From IMG/VR virus record IMGVR_UViG_3300048854_000076, positions 1 to 54,182 of that record: a stretch of 54,182 nucleotides of DNA; one strand, 5' to 3'. Source of the stretch: a virus. Its lineage: Duplodnaviria; Caudoviricetes. Shown piece by piece: positions 25,393 to 34,146 of this stretch (position 1 is its first letter; every line of letters starts with the position of its first letter). The translations under genes were made by a program, and so were the position numbers. The notes beneath the pieces are model-generated. The model saw only the letters and a list, made by a program, of their open reading frames with translations. It did no database searches and was not told the origin of the DNA.

Positions 25393-26618
25393 GCTGCCAC
25401 CTCGACTTGATCCCACGCGTGCATGTTGAGCCAATTCAGCGCGGTGACCTGATCGACGACATACGCGTTGGCAATGATGGTGATGATGTCGCTTGCGTCG
25501 GGCCCGTTGTTGACAAAATCTTGGCGTTCGCGGCGCGCTTGCTCGGCTGCCTCGGCTTGTTTCGCCGCCAGGATGCGCGCTTGCTCTGCTGCAAACTCGG
25601 CGTCGATCGAGCGCTGACGTTCTGCGGCTTCGTCGGCAATGCGCTGGCGGTCCGCGTTGAGCGCGTCCTGAGCGATGCGCAATGCCTCGCGGTCGTCAGC
25701 CATGCGGCGTTCGTGGGCGTCACGCTCGGCAGCCATTGCCTCGTCTGCCTTGCGCTTCGTCTCACGATCAGCGGCTTCCTGTGCCTCGCGTGCGGCCCGG
25801 TCCTTGGCGGCCTGCTCTGCACGCTCGGCGGCGGCGACACGCTCACGTTCGGCTGCTTCCTCGCGTAGACGGGCGAGTTCGGCGCGCTGAGCGGCTTCCT
25901 GCGCTGCCCGTGCTTCGCTGGCAATCCGATCTTGCTCGGCGCGTTCAGCAGCCGCGATGCGTGCCTGCTCCGCGTGCTCAGCCTGAAGGCGAGCCAGTTC
26001 GGCGCGTTCATCCGCCAACTTCTGCGCTTCCTCGGCACGCTGCACAGCGTTCGCGTGCAACGTCTTCAGAGCGGCGATGGTGTCGATCTTGACGCTGTGC
26101 GCTTCGTTGACCAACTCGGCAAACTCGGCTTCAGTCGCTTCGAACGCATCCAGGTCGTCGAGCGCGATCTTGATCTCGTCGGCAGAGCGATTGTGGAAGT
26201 CGACCGGCAGCGAACGCAGTTGGTTGATCTTGTGGTTGATCGCTGCGACGCGCTCGGCTTCGGCGTTCAGGATGGCGACTCGCTCGGCTTCGCGTGCGGC
26301 ATCCCACGCGTCGCGCAACGTTTTGAGGCGTTCTTCTTCGTCCACAATGAGACCGACAAGCCGATTTTCTTCGGCGATGACCGCTTTCGAAAACTTGGTC
26401 GCATCCTCGCGCGATTCCTTGCCGACAGCCGTGATAGCCGTGCGCCGGTTCTTCAGAGCCATGTATGCGCTATGGCATTGCGTGCGGCCGTCCGCATTCT
26501 TGATCGCCAGGATCGTGGCCGACTGCGCGACCAGATCCTGCAGCACCTTTTCGTTCGCTACGCCGCTAAGCGCCTTGACTGCACGCTCGATTACAGTCAA
26601 TTCCGTGCTCTCAGCCAT
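25389..26618 (-). CDS. Long coiled-coil protein
   Basis: Ala/Glu/Arg heptads; AAGGGG RBS. Confidence 0.8.
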   Translation of the reverse strand: MAESTELTVIERAVKALSGVANEKVLQDLVAQSATILAIKNADGRTQCHSAYMALKNRRTAITAVGKESREDATKFSKAVIAEENRLVGLIVDEEERLKTLRDAWDAAREAERVAILNAEAERVAAINHKINQLRSLPVDFHNRSADEIKIALDDLDAFEATEAEFAELVNEAHSVKIDTIAALKTLHANAVQRAEEAQKLADERAELARLQAEHAEQARIAAAERAEQDRIASEARAAQEAAQRAELARLREEAAERERVAAAERAEQAAKDRAAREAQEAADRETKRKADEAMAAERDAHERRMADDREALRIAQDALNADRQRIADEAAERQRSIDAEFAAEQARILAAKQAEAAEQARRERQDFVNNGPDASDIITIIANAYVVDQVTALNWLNMHAWDQVEVAA

Positions 26619-26655
26619 TTCGTTCCCCTTGTCGTGTGGTATCGCTTCAGACTTA

Positions 26656-26684
26656 AAGATACCGCATAGGTATCCGTAAAGCAA
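26656..26684 (-). promoter_or_regulatory. Operator-containing promoter (site E)
   Basis: TTGCTT-17-TATCTT; aGATAC-cgcatag-GTATCC. Confidence 0.8.
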
Positions 26685-26693
26685 GCGAAGATT

Positions 26694-27188
26694 TCACGAT
26701 TCTTCGAACGGCACCCAATGTTTCCGAGCGAACACAGGCCGTAACGTCTGCATCGCCGTGTCGCGCAGCATGGCGACGGCTGGCGCGATCTTGGCGGCCA
26801 CGCGGGAAACGGTCGCCTGGTTGACGCCGCATTCCTTGGCGAGCTGCGATTGGCTGGGCGAGTAGCGTTCGCCGAACACAAATTCTCGCATCAGCACCAT
26901 CCGCACCAGATGCGAGTTGGAGTTGGCCCCGGCGAACGTGACGGCAAGGTATTCGATACCCGCGCGCCGCTCGCCGCGTTCCCCGCCGAATGACGCGTCG
27001 AGCACGGCCCGCTGGTTGGGCGTGAGCAAATCAGCGATCACCGTCAGGATGGATCCGGCCTGAGCTTTCCGCTCATTCACGCTCAGGACCGTGCCGCTAC
27101 TATCGGCGCCAGTGAACTCCTTGATCTCGCCTATTCGGACGCCGGGGCACGCGCGCCAGAGGAATGCGTACGACAGGCAGCTCTCCAT
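26694..27188 (-). CDS. C-terminal HTH regulator, candidate late-gene activator/antiterminator
   Basis: SQSQLAKECGVNQATVSR HTH; last gene of the replication-distal block; start uncertain. Confidence 0.6.
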   Translation of the reverse strand: MESCLSYAFLWRACPGVRIGEIKEFTGADSSGTVLSVNERKAQAGSILTVIADLLTPNQRAVLDASFGGERGERRAGIEYLAVTFAGANSNSHLVRMVLMREFVFGERYSPSQSQLAKECGVNQATVSRVAAKIAPAVAMLRDTAMQTLRPVFARKHWVPFEES

Positions 27189-27403
27189 GGTCCTGAATAG
27201 ATGTACGCGCTGCAGCGCTTCTTCATTGGCCGCAACAGAGCGCAGATGAAGTCCTGATCGCTCAGCGTAATCTTGCCCACTTCGTAAACACAGCCCTTGC
27301 ATGTGATCTCCTCGCGTGCAATCAAAACGGTAAGCGGGTCGCCGAACTCGGCGCGTTCTAGGTTGGGCGCGTCGAGCAGCGCGGCTTTACTTGGGCGCGT
27401 CAC
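27131..27403 (-). CDS. Small Cys-rich protein
   Basis: GDPL..L...E..TCKGC. Confidence 0.55.
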   Translation of the reverse strand: MTRPSKAALLDAPNLERAEFGDPLTVLIAREEITCKGCVYEVGKITLSDQDFICALLRPMKKRCSAYIYSGPWRAACRTHSSGARAPASE

Positions 27404-27674
27404 TGGCCGGCGCTGCTTTGAGCGTCTTGACGGTCTTGCCAGTGAGCGGATCGACCTTTGTACCCGGCTCGGTCACAAGGCCGGCTTCGACGAGGGTATT
27501 CGCCCGGCCGCACACGCTGGCGAGCCTCATGCCGGTAACCGCATGGATGTCATAGCGCGAGAACTCGCGTTCCGGGAACGTGCGTAATAGGTCGAGGATG
27601 ATCGCGCACTGCTTCGACATGGTGCCGTCGACGACAATGTCCGCGTAGGCGAGCATGCTGGTGTGGGCCGTCAT
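27387..27674 (-). CDS. Winged-helix protein
   Basis: SRYDI...TGM..ASVCGR.N.LV. Confidence 0.65.
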   Translation of the reverse strand: MTAHTSMLAYADIVVDGTMSKQCAIILDLLRTFPEREFSRYDIHAVTGMRLASVCGRANTLVEAGLVTEPGTKVDPLTGKTVKTLKAAPASDAPK

Positions 27675-28009
27675 GTGGGTGCCCTCGGATGCGCGGAGCA
27701 GAACTCTGCCATGCTTCTGTAGGTGCGCTTCTCGCCGTAATAGACGTAGACTTCTTTCGCTGATCCATCAAAGGCGCATGCAGCGAGGTCGCGGTTGACG
27801 CCATCTGCTCCGGCTATGCCGTTGTAATAAGGCGCGAAAGCTGCGGTCAGCAGTGGCGTACTCAGCGCAGCGCGCAGCCTGCGGACCTCGTCAATTAGCG
27901 CGACCATTCCTTCTGGATCCATCACGTGCAACGCAAACTTCACACGATCGCCAACGTCGCCGCTTGCAGCTGAACGCGCTAATTGTTCTAATGTGTCGAG
28001 ATCGATCAT
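27671..28009 (-). CDS. Ead/Ea22-like hypothetical protein
   Basis: IDLD.LEQLA..A...P..MVALIDEVRRLR. Confidence 0.55.
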   Translation of the reverse strand: MIDLDTLEQLARSAASGDVGDRVKFALHVMDPEGMVALIDEVRRLRAALSTPLLTAAFAPYYNGIAGADGVNRDLAACAFDGSAKEVYVYYGEKRTYRSMAEFCSAHPRAPT

Positions 28010-28200
28010 GCTGCTTTCTCCGTCAGACCGCGCCACTTGTCGCCAGCTGCATCAGTCATGCACGCCCAAACCTGCCCCATGGGGTAAAACCAGTCTTTAC
28101 CATTCCATAAAAGCATTTCAGGATCTTGGCCGCGACGACATTCGTATAGGCCGATGCGAACTGGCTTGACGCTCGCCGGAAACCACGCTGTCATTTTCAT
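28006..28200 (-). CDS. Hypothetical protein (T.WF...KP..IG.Y family)
   Basis: GAGG RBS. Confidence 0.6.
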   Translation of the reverse strand: MKMTAWFPASVKPVRIGLYECRRGQDPEMLLWNGKDWFYPMGQVWACMTDAAGDKWRGLTEKAA

Positions 28201-28279
28201 ACCTCACCCCACAGCGGAAACACGCGATACACAACGAACCGAGAGAGCAGCAGCGCGGCGCAGAACATGAGGAATTCGT

Positions 28280-28642
28280 TCATGTGGCCGCCTTTCGTCC
28301 GATCACGCTAATTTGCCTCTTCGCCGCGCCGAGACTACGGCGAGCAGCCTTGCGCGCCTGGATAGTGTCGTGGGCAGCGAGGCAATGCGGACAGATGGCG
28401 AGGTAAGCGCGGATCTCCACATCCGTCATGAACACGTTGTGGACGTCTCCATAGTGCTCATCGGATTCAACGACCTCGGGCCTATAGGCGACACTCAGAT
28501 GCGTCGAATCGCCAAGTTCCGGCGTGCGGACACCTGAGCACTTGCTCAGTGATTCACTAAGCGCCGCAGATAGCCGCGTGATCTCTCCCGAAAAGCGCGA
28601 ATAGTCGGCGCAAGCCTTCAATGCTTTCTGTTCTTCGGTCAT
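28280..28642 (-). CDS. Hypothetical protein
   Basis: ATGA overlap; CPHC. Confidence 0.65.
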   Translation of the reverse strand: MTEEQKALKACADYSRFSGEITRLSAALSESLSKCSGVRTPELGDSTHLSVAYRPEVVESDEHYGDVHNVFMTDVEIRAYLAICPHCLAAHDTIQARKAARRSLGAAKRQISVIGRKAAT

Positions 28643-28881
28643 GCGGCCACCTTACTGTCGATCTGCTCGATGCCAGCCAGTGCAATCGCAGCAATGCGCA
28701 CGAAGCGCTTACGTGCCTCGGCATCGTTCCCGCACTCTTCGAGGATGTGCGCCATGTGCGTCTCGTGGCGAACGGTCTGCATCCAATCCGATGCCTCTGC
28801 GTGGATACGGCGGCGACATGTCGCGACCGGCTGCACGGAAAGCTTCGCTTCAACCACGTCCGATAAGGCTTGAATTCCCAT
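28639..28881 (-). CDS. Hypothetical protein
   Basis: RKRFVRIAAIALAGIEQID C-terminal motif. Confidence 0.6.
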   Translation of the reverse strand: MGIQALSDVVEAKLSVQPVATCRRRIHAEASDWMQTVRHETHMAHILEECGNDAEARKRFVRIAAIALAGIEQIDSKVAA

Positions 28882-29000
28882 TGTGACCCCCAAAGATTCC
28901 TGTACAGTTTCCGTCCACGGTGCCGTCTTGGTATTTCTGCAACATTTTTCTCGGCCGATATGGGCGGGTAGAGCAGGCCCTCTAAGCGGCCTGATTCTAG

Positions 29001-29036
29001 GTATCCGATACTATCAAAGTATCCGATCTAAGCCAA
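29001..29036 (-). promoter_or_regulatory. Operator-containing promoter (site F)
   Basis: TTGGCT-17-TAGTAT; cGATAC-tatcaaa-GTATCC with an abutting GTATCC half-site. Confidence 0.7.
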
Positions 29037-29051
29037 GCGAAATTGCCAAAT

Positions 29052-29306
29052 TCAGTCGGTTATTTCTTCCAGTTCGCCCACATAAGGATGCGGTACGCCG
29101 TGCTCTGCGCACCATACCGCCAAGCCTCGTCCGCAGCTCTCGGCGTAGCCAACGCGGTGCGCTTGAGCCAGTGATGAAAGGTAGTGCATGAACTCGCGCG
29201 GCGACTCTTGGATAGCCTTCTTCACATGGTCCTTCACGTTCTGCGACCACTCGTAATACCACGCGAGGTACTTCAGGTCGGCAAGTAATTCCGGGGATAT
29301 TTTCAT
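29052..29306 (-). CDS. Hypothetical protein
   Basis: TGATG overlap with helicase. Confidence 0.6.
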   Translation of the reverse strand: MKISPELLADLKYLAWYYEWSQNVKDHVKKAIQESPREFMHYLSSLAQAHRVGYAESCGRGLAVWCAEHGVPHPYVGELEEITD

Positions 29307-30265
29307 CAGAATTCGTCCAGTGACACGGCCGCGCCGTCAACGTGATAGCGGCGGGGCAGTTGACCGCGGTTCTCAACGTATTGCATCGATGGGCCGTCAA
29401 ACCAGAACCCGAATACGCCTTCCCAATCGCCGTTGCGCTGCTTCTCGACGGACAGGTAACAATCCGGCTCGCCCATGGCTAGATCGGCTTCTGCGGCCTT
29501 TAGAACGAGCTTTCCGCTACCGACTGCCTCTTTCCGCTTATTGCGCCAGACGATGAAAAGATTGTCGGCAAGGTCCGTAATGGATCCGCTGCCCTTAACG
29601 TCGAATTTCCCCGGGCGCTCATATTCGCTGCCGCCCTTTTTGACGTGCGCGATCAGATGGATATGGACCCCGGTTTCCTGTGCGATCGACGTCAGGGAAT
29701 TCACGAAATCCTTCTGGCCGTTGTAATCGTCATCGCCCGGGACGCACTTCATCAGGTTGTCGATGATGAAATGTTGGATGCCGAATTGCTCAACGGCGTA
29801 CCGCACGACGGCCAGCATCTTCCCCGGCTTCACCGACCCGGTGTGGTCGTATAGCCACAACCGCTCGTCGGTCCAACTATGCAGATTCATGATGAACTCG
29901 CGATCCGGTCGAGCGTCTCCCGCAGCCTGGCGGCTCATGCGGAGCATCGTTTTCTCGGGGCGCATTTCCAGCGATCCGATGCACACGCGCTGGTTCTGCA
30001 CGCACAGGTTGAGCGCAACCTGACTCGTTATCATCGACTTGCCATGGCCGTTGATGCCACCCCAAATCGTCGTCTCGCCCGGGCGGAACGCGAACTTTCC
30101 TTCGCACTTCAACCATCCCAATTCGATGTCAGGATGTGACGCTTTCAGGTACAGGGCGTCGATTACACCGCGCGCCCAATCGCTCGCCGGTCTGATTTTG
30201 TCCATCTCTTGCGACTCGGCCATGTAGGCGCTTAAGTCGATTGATGCCCCCGGAATAACTCGCAT
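29306..30265 (-). CDS. SF4 (DnaB/T7 gp4-like) replicative helicase domain
   Basis: GGINGHGKS Walker A, SLEM, IIDNL, HLIAH.KK, KGSG.I.D.ADN, KQRNG. Confidence 0.9.
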   Translation of the reverse strand: MRVIPGASIDLSAYMAESQEMDKIRPASDWARGVIDALYLKASHPDIELGWLKCEGKFAFRPGETTIWGGINGHGKSMITSQVALNLCVQNQRVCIGSLEMRPEKTMLRMSRQAAGDARPDREFIMNLHSWTDERLWLYDHTGSVKPGKMLAVVRYAVEQFGIQHFIIDNLMKCVPGDDDYNGQKDFVNSLTSIAQETGVHIHLIAHVKKGGSEYERPGKFDVKGSGSITDLADNLFIVWRNKRKEAVGSGKLVLKAAEADLAMGEPDCYLSVEKQRNGDWEGVFGFWFDGPSMQYVENRGQLPRRYHVDGAAVSLDEF

Positions 30266-30266
30266 C

Positions 30267-30677
30267 TCAATACCCCATGTCCAGCATTTCGTTGTTTTGC
30301 CACGGCGCCCATGCGTCGAGCTCCACGCTCAACTGCTTGAGTTTGGCTCTGCGGTGCGCATCGCTATGATTCGCAGGGAACACGAAGTGAACCTCCGCGC
30401 CTTGCTTTAATTCATCATCCCACAGGGAAAGAGAATTAACCTGTTCGTTGCGGATGGCTTTCAGATGGTGCGCGACGCCAACGCCGCAACGCACGACGGC
30501 GATCAGATCCAATCCGATCGACCAGCGCCAGTCGTATTCATCTTCGGGTTTGGCAATGACGTTGAAGCCGTTGTCAGGGACAACGATGTTTCCAACGAAC
30601 GACACGAGAACCCATGACCCGGGCTGACGTCCGGTCTTGCGCATGTCTACGATTTGTTGCGCGCCGGTAGCGATCAT
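30267..30677 (-). CDS. Hypothetical replication-linked protein
   Basis: Between initiator and helicase. Confidence 0.65.
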   Translation of the reverse strand: MIATGAQQIVDMRKTGRQPGSWVLVSFVGNIVVPDNGFNVIAKPEDEYDWRWSIGLDLIAVVRCGVGVAHHLKAIRNEQVNSLSLWDDELKQGAEVHFVFPANHSDAHRRAKLKQLSVELDAWAPWQNNEMLDMGY

Positions 30678-31405
30678 GTCCATGCCTCGCCAGTGTGTTG
30701 CTTCGTGGGCGAGCTTCCTAACTGCCCCGCGTACTGCGCGAAGTTCGTAGCGTTGAACAGTGTCCCGGGGCGCAGGAACTGCTCCATTTTTTCATCTCCG
30801 CCCCATTGGTCGACCTTGGCGTCGACAACGGCCTTGCACTCGTCCAGCGTGAAGCCTTCCTTCAGCCGTCCGGCGATCAGGCGCGTATTCGACGGGACCG
30901 GGCGGTACTTGCTTCCAGTCTTTAAATTCAAGTATTCAAGAACACCCTGGATTTCGGATGAGTTTGAATCTGCCTCGTCTGCCGGAGGCGGACATAAGTC
31001 TTTAACTTCTTCTCTTCTCTTCTCTTCTCTAGACCGCATTTTGTCCGCATCGGGTGCGGACTCTTTGCGCGCCTCACGCTTGCGTTGAGTCTCTTGTGAA
31101 CGACGCTTTGCGGACTGTCCGTTATGCTCATCGAAGCGAGGAACCATAAGGCTTTCGCCGTCGGTAGAGAGCCAGCCAACCTTGATCATCGCCTCAGAAA
31201 ATCCGGAAAATCCGATAGACTCGTCGAGCGCGTCTCGGGTGTACCCGTCGAGCACTCCGTCTTCCGAGTGCATGTCGAAAAGACTCCAGACCGCATGGAG
31301 TCCGCCTACAACTCGAAGTCTGTCCGCTTTCAATGCGGACGCCATGCGGACAACTTTCGGATGAGTTTGAAGGTCAGAGCGCATTTTGATCCAATCTCCT
31401 GCCAT
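30674..31405 (-). CDS. Replication initiator protein
   Basis: MAGDWIKM...HPKV N-terminus; YLN.KTG..Y...LRPGTLF phage C-terminal domain. Confidence 0.85.
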   Translation of the reverse strand: MAGDWIKMRSDLQTHPKVVRMASALKADRLRVVGGLHAVWSLFDMHSEDGVLDGYTRDALDESIGFSGFSEAMIKVGWLSTDGESLMVPRFDEHNGQSAKRRSQETQRKREARKESAPDADKMRSREEKRREEVKDLCPPPADEADSNSSEIQGVLEYLNLKTGSKYRPVPSNTRLIAGRLKEGFTLDECKAVVDAKVDQWGGDEKMEQFLRPGTLFNATNFAQYAGQLGSSPTKQHTGEAWT

Positions 31406-31407
31406 GA

Positions 31408-31563
31408 TTACTTGCTCCGAATAGAGCGCTTGAGCGATTCGATCAGCATGTGCACTTGCTGCTGTTTCGCAGGCTTGGTCTTGAGGCGCCCGACGTTCCG
31501 CGCCATATCCATCTGACGCGTCTTGGTGTCCGGCTCTGGCGGGAACGGCAGGCGCGCGGTCAT
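31408..31563 (-). CDS. Small basic protein
   Basis: ATGA overlap with cro-like gene. Confidence 0.5.
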   Translation of the reverse strand: MTARLPFPPEPDTKTRQMDMARNVGRLKTKPAKQQQVHMLIESLKRSIRSK

Positions 31564-31802
31564 TCGCTCACCTTGCCGACGAGCTTCGCGGGGAGATGCT
31601 GGAAGCCGAGCAGGTCTAGGATCGTCATGGGGTCGCCCGTGACCTCGTTGCTTGCCATGGCGAACATCAGCGCGCGCTCGGCGCTGACGTTGCGATACTC
31701 GCCCTTGACGCTCTTCCAGTAGTTGTAGCTGGTTCCTACTTTCTCGCACACTTTGCGGACTACTTCAGGGCCGTACTTGTCGTGGAACTCGCGTGCGTTC
31801 AT
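31560..31802 (-). CDS. Cro-like HTH protein
   Basis: AGGAGG RBS; VCEKVGTSYNYW..V...R.VS HTH; divergent from repressor. Confidence 0.75.
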   Translation of the reverse strand: MNAREFHDKYGPEVVRKVCEKVGTSYNYWKSVKGEYRNVSAERALMFAMASNEVTGDPMTILDLLGFQHLPAKLVGKVSE

Positions 31803-31825
31803 GCCACCTCCTGGGGAAAAAGAAC

Positions 31826-31862
31826 GAATGTCTACATGGTATCCGATCCCGACAAAGCATCC
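31826..31862 (-). promoter_or_regulatory. Degenerate tandem operators at the cro promoter (site G)
   Basis: GGTATCCGATCCcgacaaaGCATCC, same layout as site F. Confidence 0.55.
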
Positions 31863-32078
31863 AAGTATTTTCACGCCAAGAGTGTGCGTAAGGCACTGAA
31901 AACACGGGTCTATCGATAGCTGGGTGGTTGCTTTTCTCACTGACATGCGCGAATATTCACGACAAGGGATACCCGGCCAATCACACGGGCTGTTGTCAAG
32001 AGGTCGAACCCTAATAAAAAAGTGCGCACAGCACACGCAGGTGCATACGAGCCGGCGAATTACAGAGGAATCGAAAAC

Positions 32079-32486
32079 ATGGCTGTCGAGAAAGTCGAAC
32101 AAGTTCGATCGCGAAACTTTCAACTACTGTTCGCGCAGTACAAGGAGGCCATTCGACGAGAGTGGCCGGATGAGCCAGACCGAGGCATGCTCAAGCGATT
32201 TGCCGAGCGCCTGGGCCTGAGCAAGATCTACCTGTCGCAGATCAACAATGATCGGAAGATTATCGGGACGGAAACACGGGACAAGATCGAGAAAGCGCTG
32301 AAACTTCCGCCTGGCTGGATGGATACCGACCACTCGCAGGAAGCGTTGCTAGAAACAGACGACGCGCGAGCCTTTCAGGAAGCTGTCATGGCTCTATATC
32401 AACAGTCGCCGGAAGCGTCGAAATCCGCGCTGCTCAAGGTGTTCAGCGCGTTGATGGCCGGGAAGCCATTGGAAGACGTGAAGTAG
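32079..32486 (+). CDS. XRE-family HTH repressor (CI-like, no peptidase domain)
   Basis: FAERLGLSKIYLSQI..R.IG...IE..L.LP.GWMD; AGAGGA RBS. Confidence 0.85.
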   Translation: MAVEKVEQVRSRNFQLLFAQYKEAIRREWPDEPDRGMLKRFAERLGLSKIYLSQINNDRKIIGTETRDKIEKALKLPPGWMDTDHSQEALLETDDARAFQEAVMALYQQSPEASKSALLKVFSALMAGKPLEDVK

Positions 32487-32641
32487 GGTGTAAGGCCACC
32501 CTAAGCAAACGTTTCCGAATCTCAAAAATGTAACGTTTTGTGTCGGAATTGCTTGCAAGCTCATACCATAAGATTTATCGTGAAGGGATCGCTTCTTTGT
32601 GAAGCGAGCCTTCCAAACAGAAGAAAGATCAGAGGATAAAA

Positions 32642-32854
32642 ATGACCGGTTTATCAGACCAGCAACGAGGGGAACGGGGCAATTTTCTGCCGTCAATGTC
32701 CGCAGTGGACGATAAGGAAATTCCCGACGAGGAGATCATCCGAGCTGTCGCGGCCGCGATCCCCGTTGAAAAACGTGCCGAAGTGTTGGCAATGCTGAAA
32801 GCGATAGTTGGCACGTCTGCAACGGATACTTTACGGGGATCATTTAACGCTTGA
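32642..32854 (+). CDS. Small 70-aa protein downstream of repressor
   Basis: AGAGGA RBS; amphipathic helices. Confidence 0.6.
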   Translation: MTGLSDQQRGERGNFLPSMSAVDDKEIPDEEIIRAVAAAIPVEKRAEVLAMLKAIVGTSATDTLRGSFNA

Positions 32855-32880
32855 CGATACTGCATAGGATTCGGTATAGT
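32824..32880 (+). promoter_or_regulatory. Rightward promoter with two degenerate operators (site H)
   Basis: TTGACG-18-TATAGT; GGATAC-tttacgg-GgATCa and cGATAC-tgcatag-GatTCg. Confidence 0.7.
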
Positions 32881-32886
32881 CTTGTC

Positions 32887-32972
32887 ATGCTGGGATTTTC
32901 CACGCAACCGGTTCCACTCCTCTGATCTTCCCCGGTCAGTTTCCGCTCTCCGCAAGGATTGAGCGGTCTTTT
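32887..32972 (+). ncRNA. Candidate ~85-nt antisense sRNA
   Basis: Strong promoter upstream; pyrimidine loop complementary to 32625-32636; GCAA-capped hairpin with U-tail. Confidence 0.6.
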
Positions 32973-32979
32973 ATACCCT

Positions 32980-33019
32980 AAGCCCTCGCTTGAGAAATCA
33001 GCGGGGGCTTTCGCGTTTT
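32980..33019 (+). terminator. Second terminator-like hairpin
   Basis: aagccctcgct...agcgggggctt followed by tcgcgtttt. Confidence 0.6.
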
Positions 33020-33028
33020 GGAGTCAAT

Positions 33029-33091
33029 ATGGGCAGCGACGCAAGCATTGAAGGCTGGGACGGAATCAGCCGCGAGGGCTGGGATTTCTGA
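33029..33091 (+). CDS. 20-aa peptide MGSDASIEGWDGISREGWDF
   Basis: GGAG RBS 5 nt upstream; internal EGWD repeat. Confidence 0.35.
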   Translation: MGSDASIEGWDGISREGWDF

Positions 33092-33094
33092 CTG

Positions 33095-33457
33095 CGTGGC
33101 GTTCTGGCGCATGAGCACTGTGAGAACCGTCCGTCGAAGCTACGTGCTGTCGATGGGCATACGTCACGCGCAGGACTCATGCACGAGGGCGTGACAAAAT
33201 AGGCGTGCGCCGGACGGACCTGAAATCCGTTCTAGCGCTCTCTACGGACACGCTGTGAAGCGCTCCTGGCTGCCGGGAAAGACCGGCTCTAATAAGGCGC
33301 GTCACGAGTGGGTGAAAGATGGCGCGCGCTGCCTTCGGGTTCTGCGCACAGCAGACGAAAGAGAAGCCCGCGACCTGCAAAGCATCGGCCAGCACAACCC
33401 GCAAGGGCGCTCCGATGTACAGCGCGATGCCAGTGCCGCGTTAAAACCACTGGCGCC
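33095..33457 (+). ncRNA. Candidate large structured RNA
   Basis: Dense nested helices with GAAA/GCAA/UUCG loops; no credible ORF. Confidence 0.5.
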
Positions 33458-33487
33458 AATAAAAAATGGCCGCTCTATGGCGGCCTT
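33458..33487 (-). terminator. Terminator for the two leftward genes
   Basis: ggccgc-cataga-gcggcc followed by attttttatt on - strand. Confidence 0.7.
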
Positions 33488-33547
33488 CGTGGTCCCTCTC
33501 GCTCTATAAGCGAAGCACTGGATTTCTCTGCATATCGTTTCCCCGGG

Positions 33548-33847
33548 TCAGTGATGCGCGGCAAGCTCTTTTTCGGCTTGCTCGCGTGATTCGATCGATA
33601 CGTAGCAGCGCATAAAGCTGCGCATGAGTCGTGCAAGCTTTGCGTCATCGGAATATGCCTCGCGGATGTCAGAACAGTGTCCGGTGCATACCCATTGAAG
33701 GGCGCCGAGGATGTCGTCGTCTGATAACGCATCCATGCGTTCGTCGAAATACTGCTGCTTGAGGGATTCGACCGTGACGGCTTCTTCCCGTTCGTAGTGC
33801 TTATCGGCTGATTGTAATAACCAGTAGTCGATGCTTGCGCGGTTCAT
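33548..33847 (-). CDS. Hypothetical protein
   Basis: TAAGGAG RBS. Confidence 0.7.
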   Translation of the reverse strand: MNRASIDYWLLQSADKHYEREEAVTVESLKQQYFDERMDALSDDDILGALQWVCTGHCSDIREAYSDDAKLARLMRSFMRCYVSIESREQAEKELAAHH

Positions 33848-33858
33848 GGTGGATCTCC

Positions 33859-34011
33859 TTAGACGCGTTGTTGGAAACGGATGCGGATGACGGCGCCGTG
33901 TTGCTCGCCCATGTCTTCCATCTGGCCGATAGCGTTGTCTTGTGCGTCCTCAGCATCGCGGCCGGTGACGATCATTTCTGCGTTTTCGAAGGTGATCAGA
34001 TATTCGGACAT
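33859..34011 (-). CDS. Small acidic protein
   Basis: AAGGAG RBS; first gene after site I. Confidence 0.65.
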   Translation of the reverse strand: MSEYLITFENAEMIVTGRDAEDAQDNAIGQMEDMGEQHGAVIRIRFQQRV

Positions 34012-34051
34012 GTTCCGCTCCTTGGGGTGAGGCACCGAAGTGCATGAACGA

Positions 34052-34081
34052 AAGATACCGCATAGGTATCCGAACACGCAA
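34052..34081 (-). promoter_or_regulatory. Operator-containing promoter (site I)
   Basis: TTGCGT-18-TATCTT; aaagataccgcataggtatccg is identical to site E. Confidence 0.8.
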
Positions 34082-34146
34082 GAACTATTTGCTGTGGTGC
34101 AATGCGTGGATACGTATGCCACCGAACAGACGTTGCTCGTCGACAA

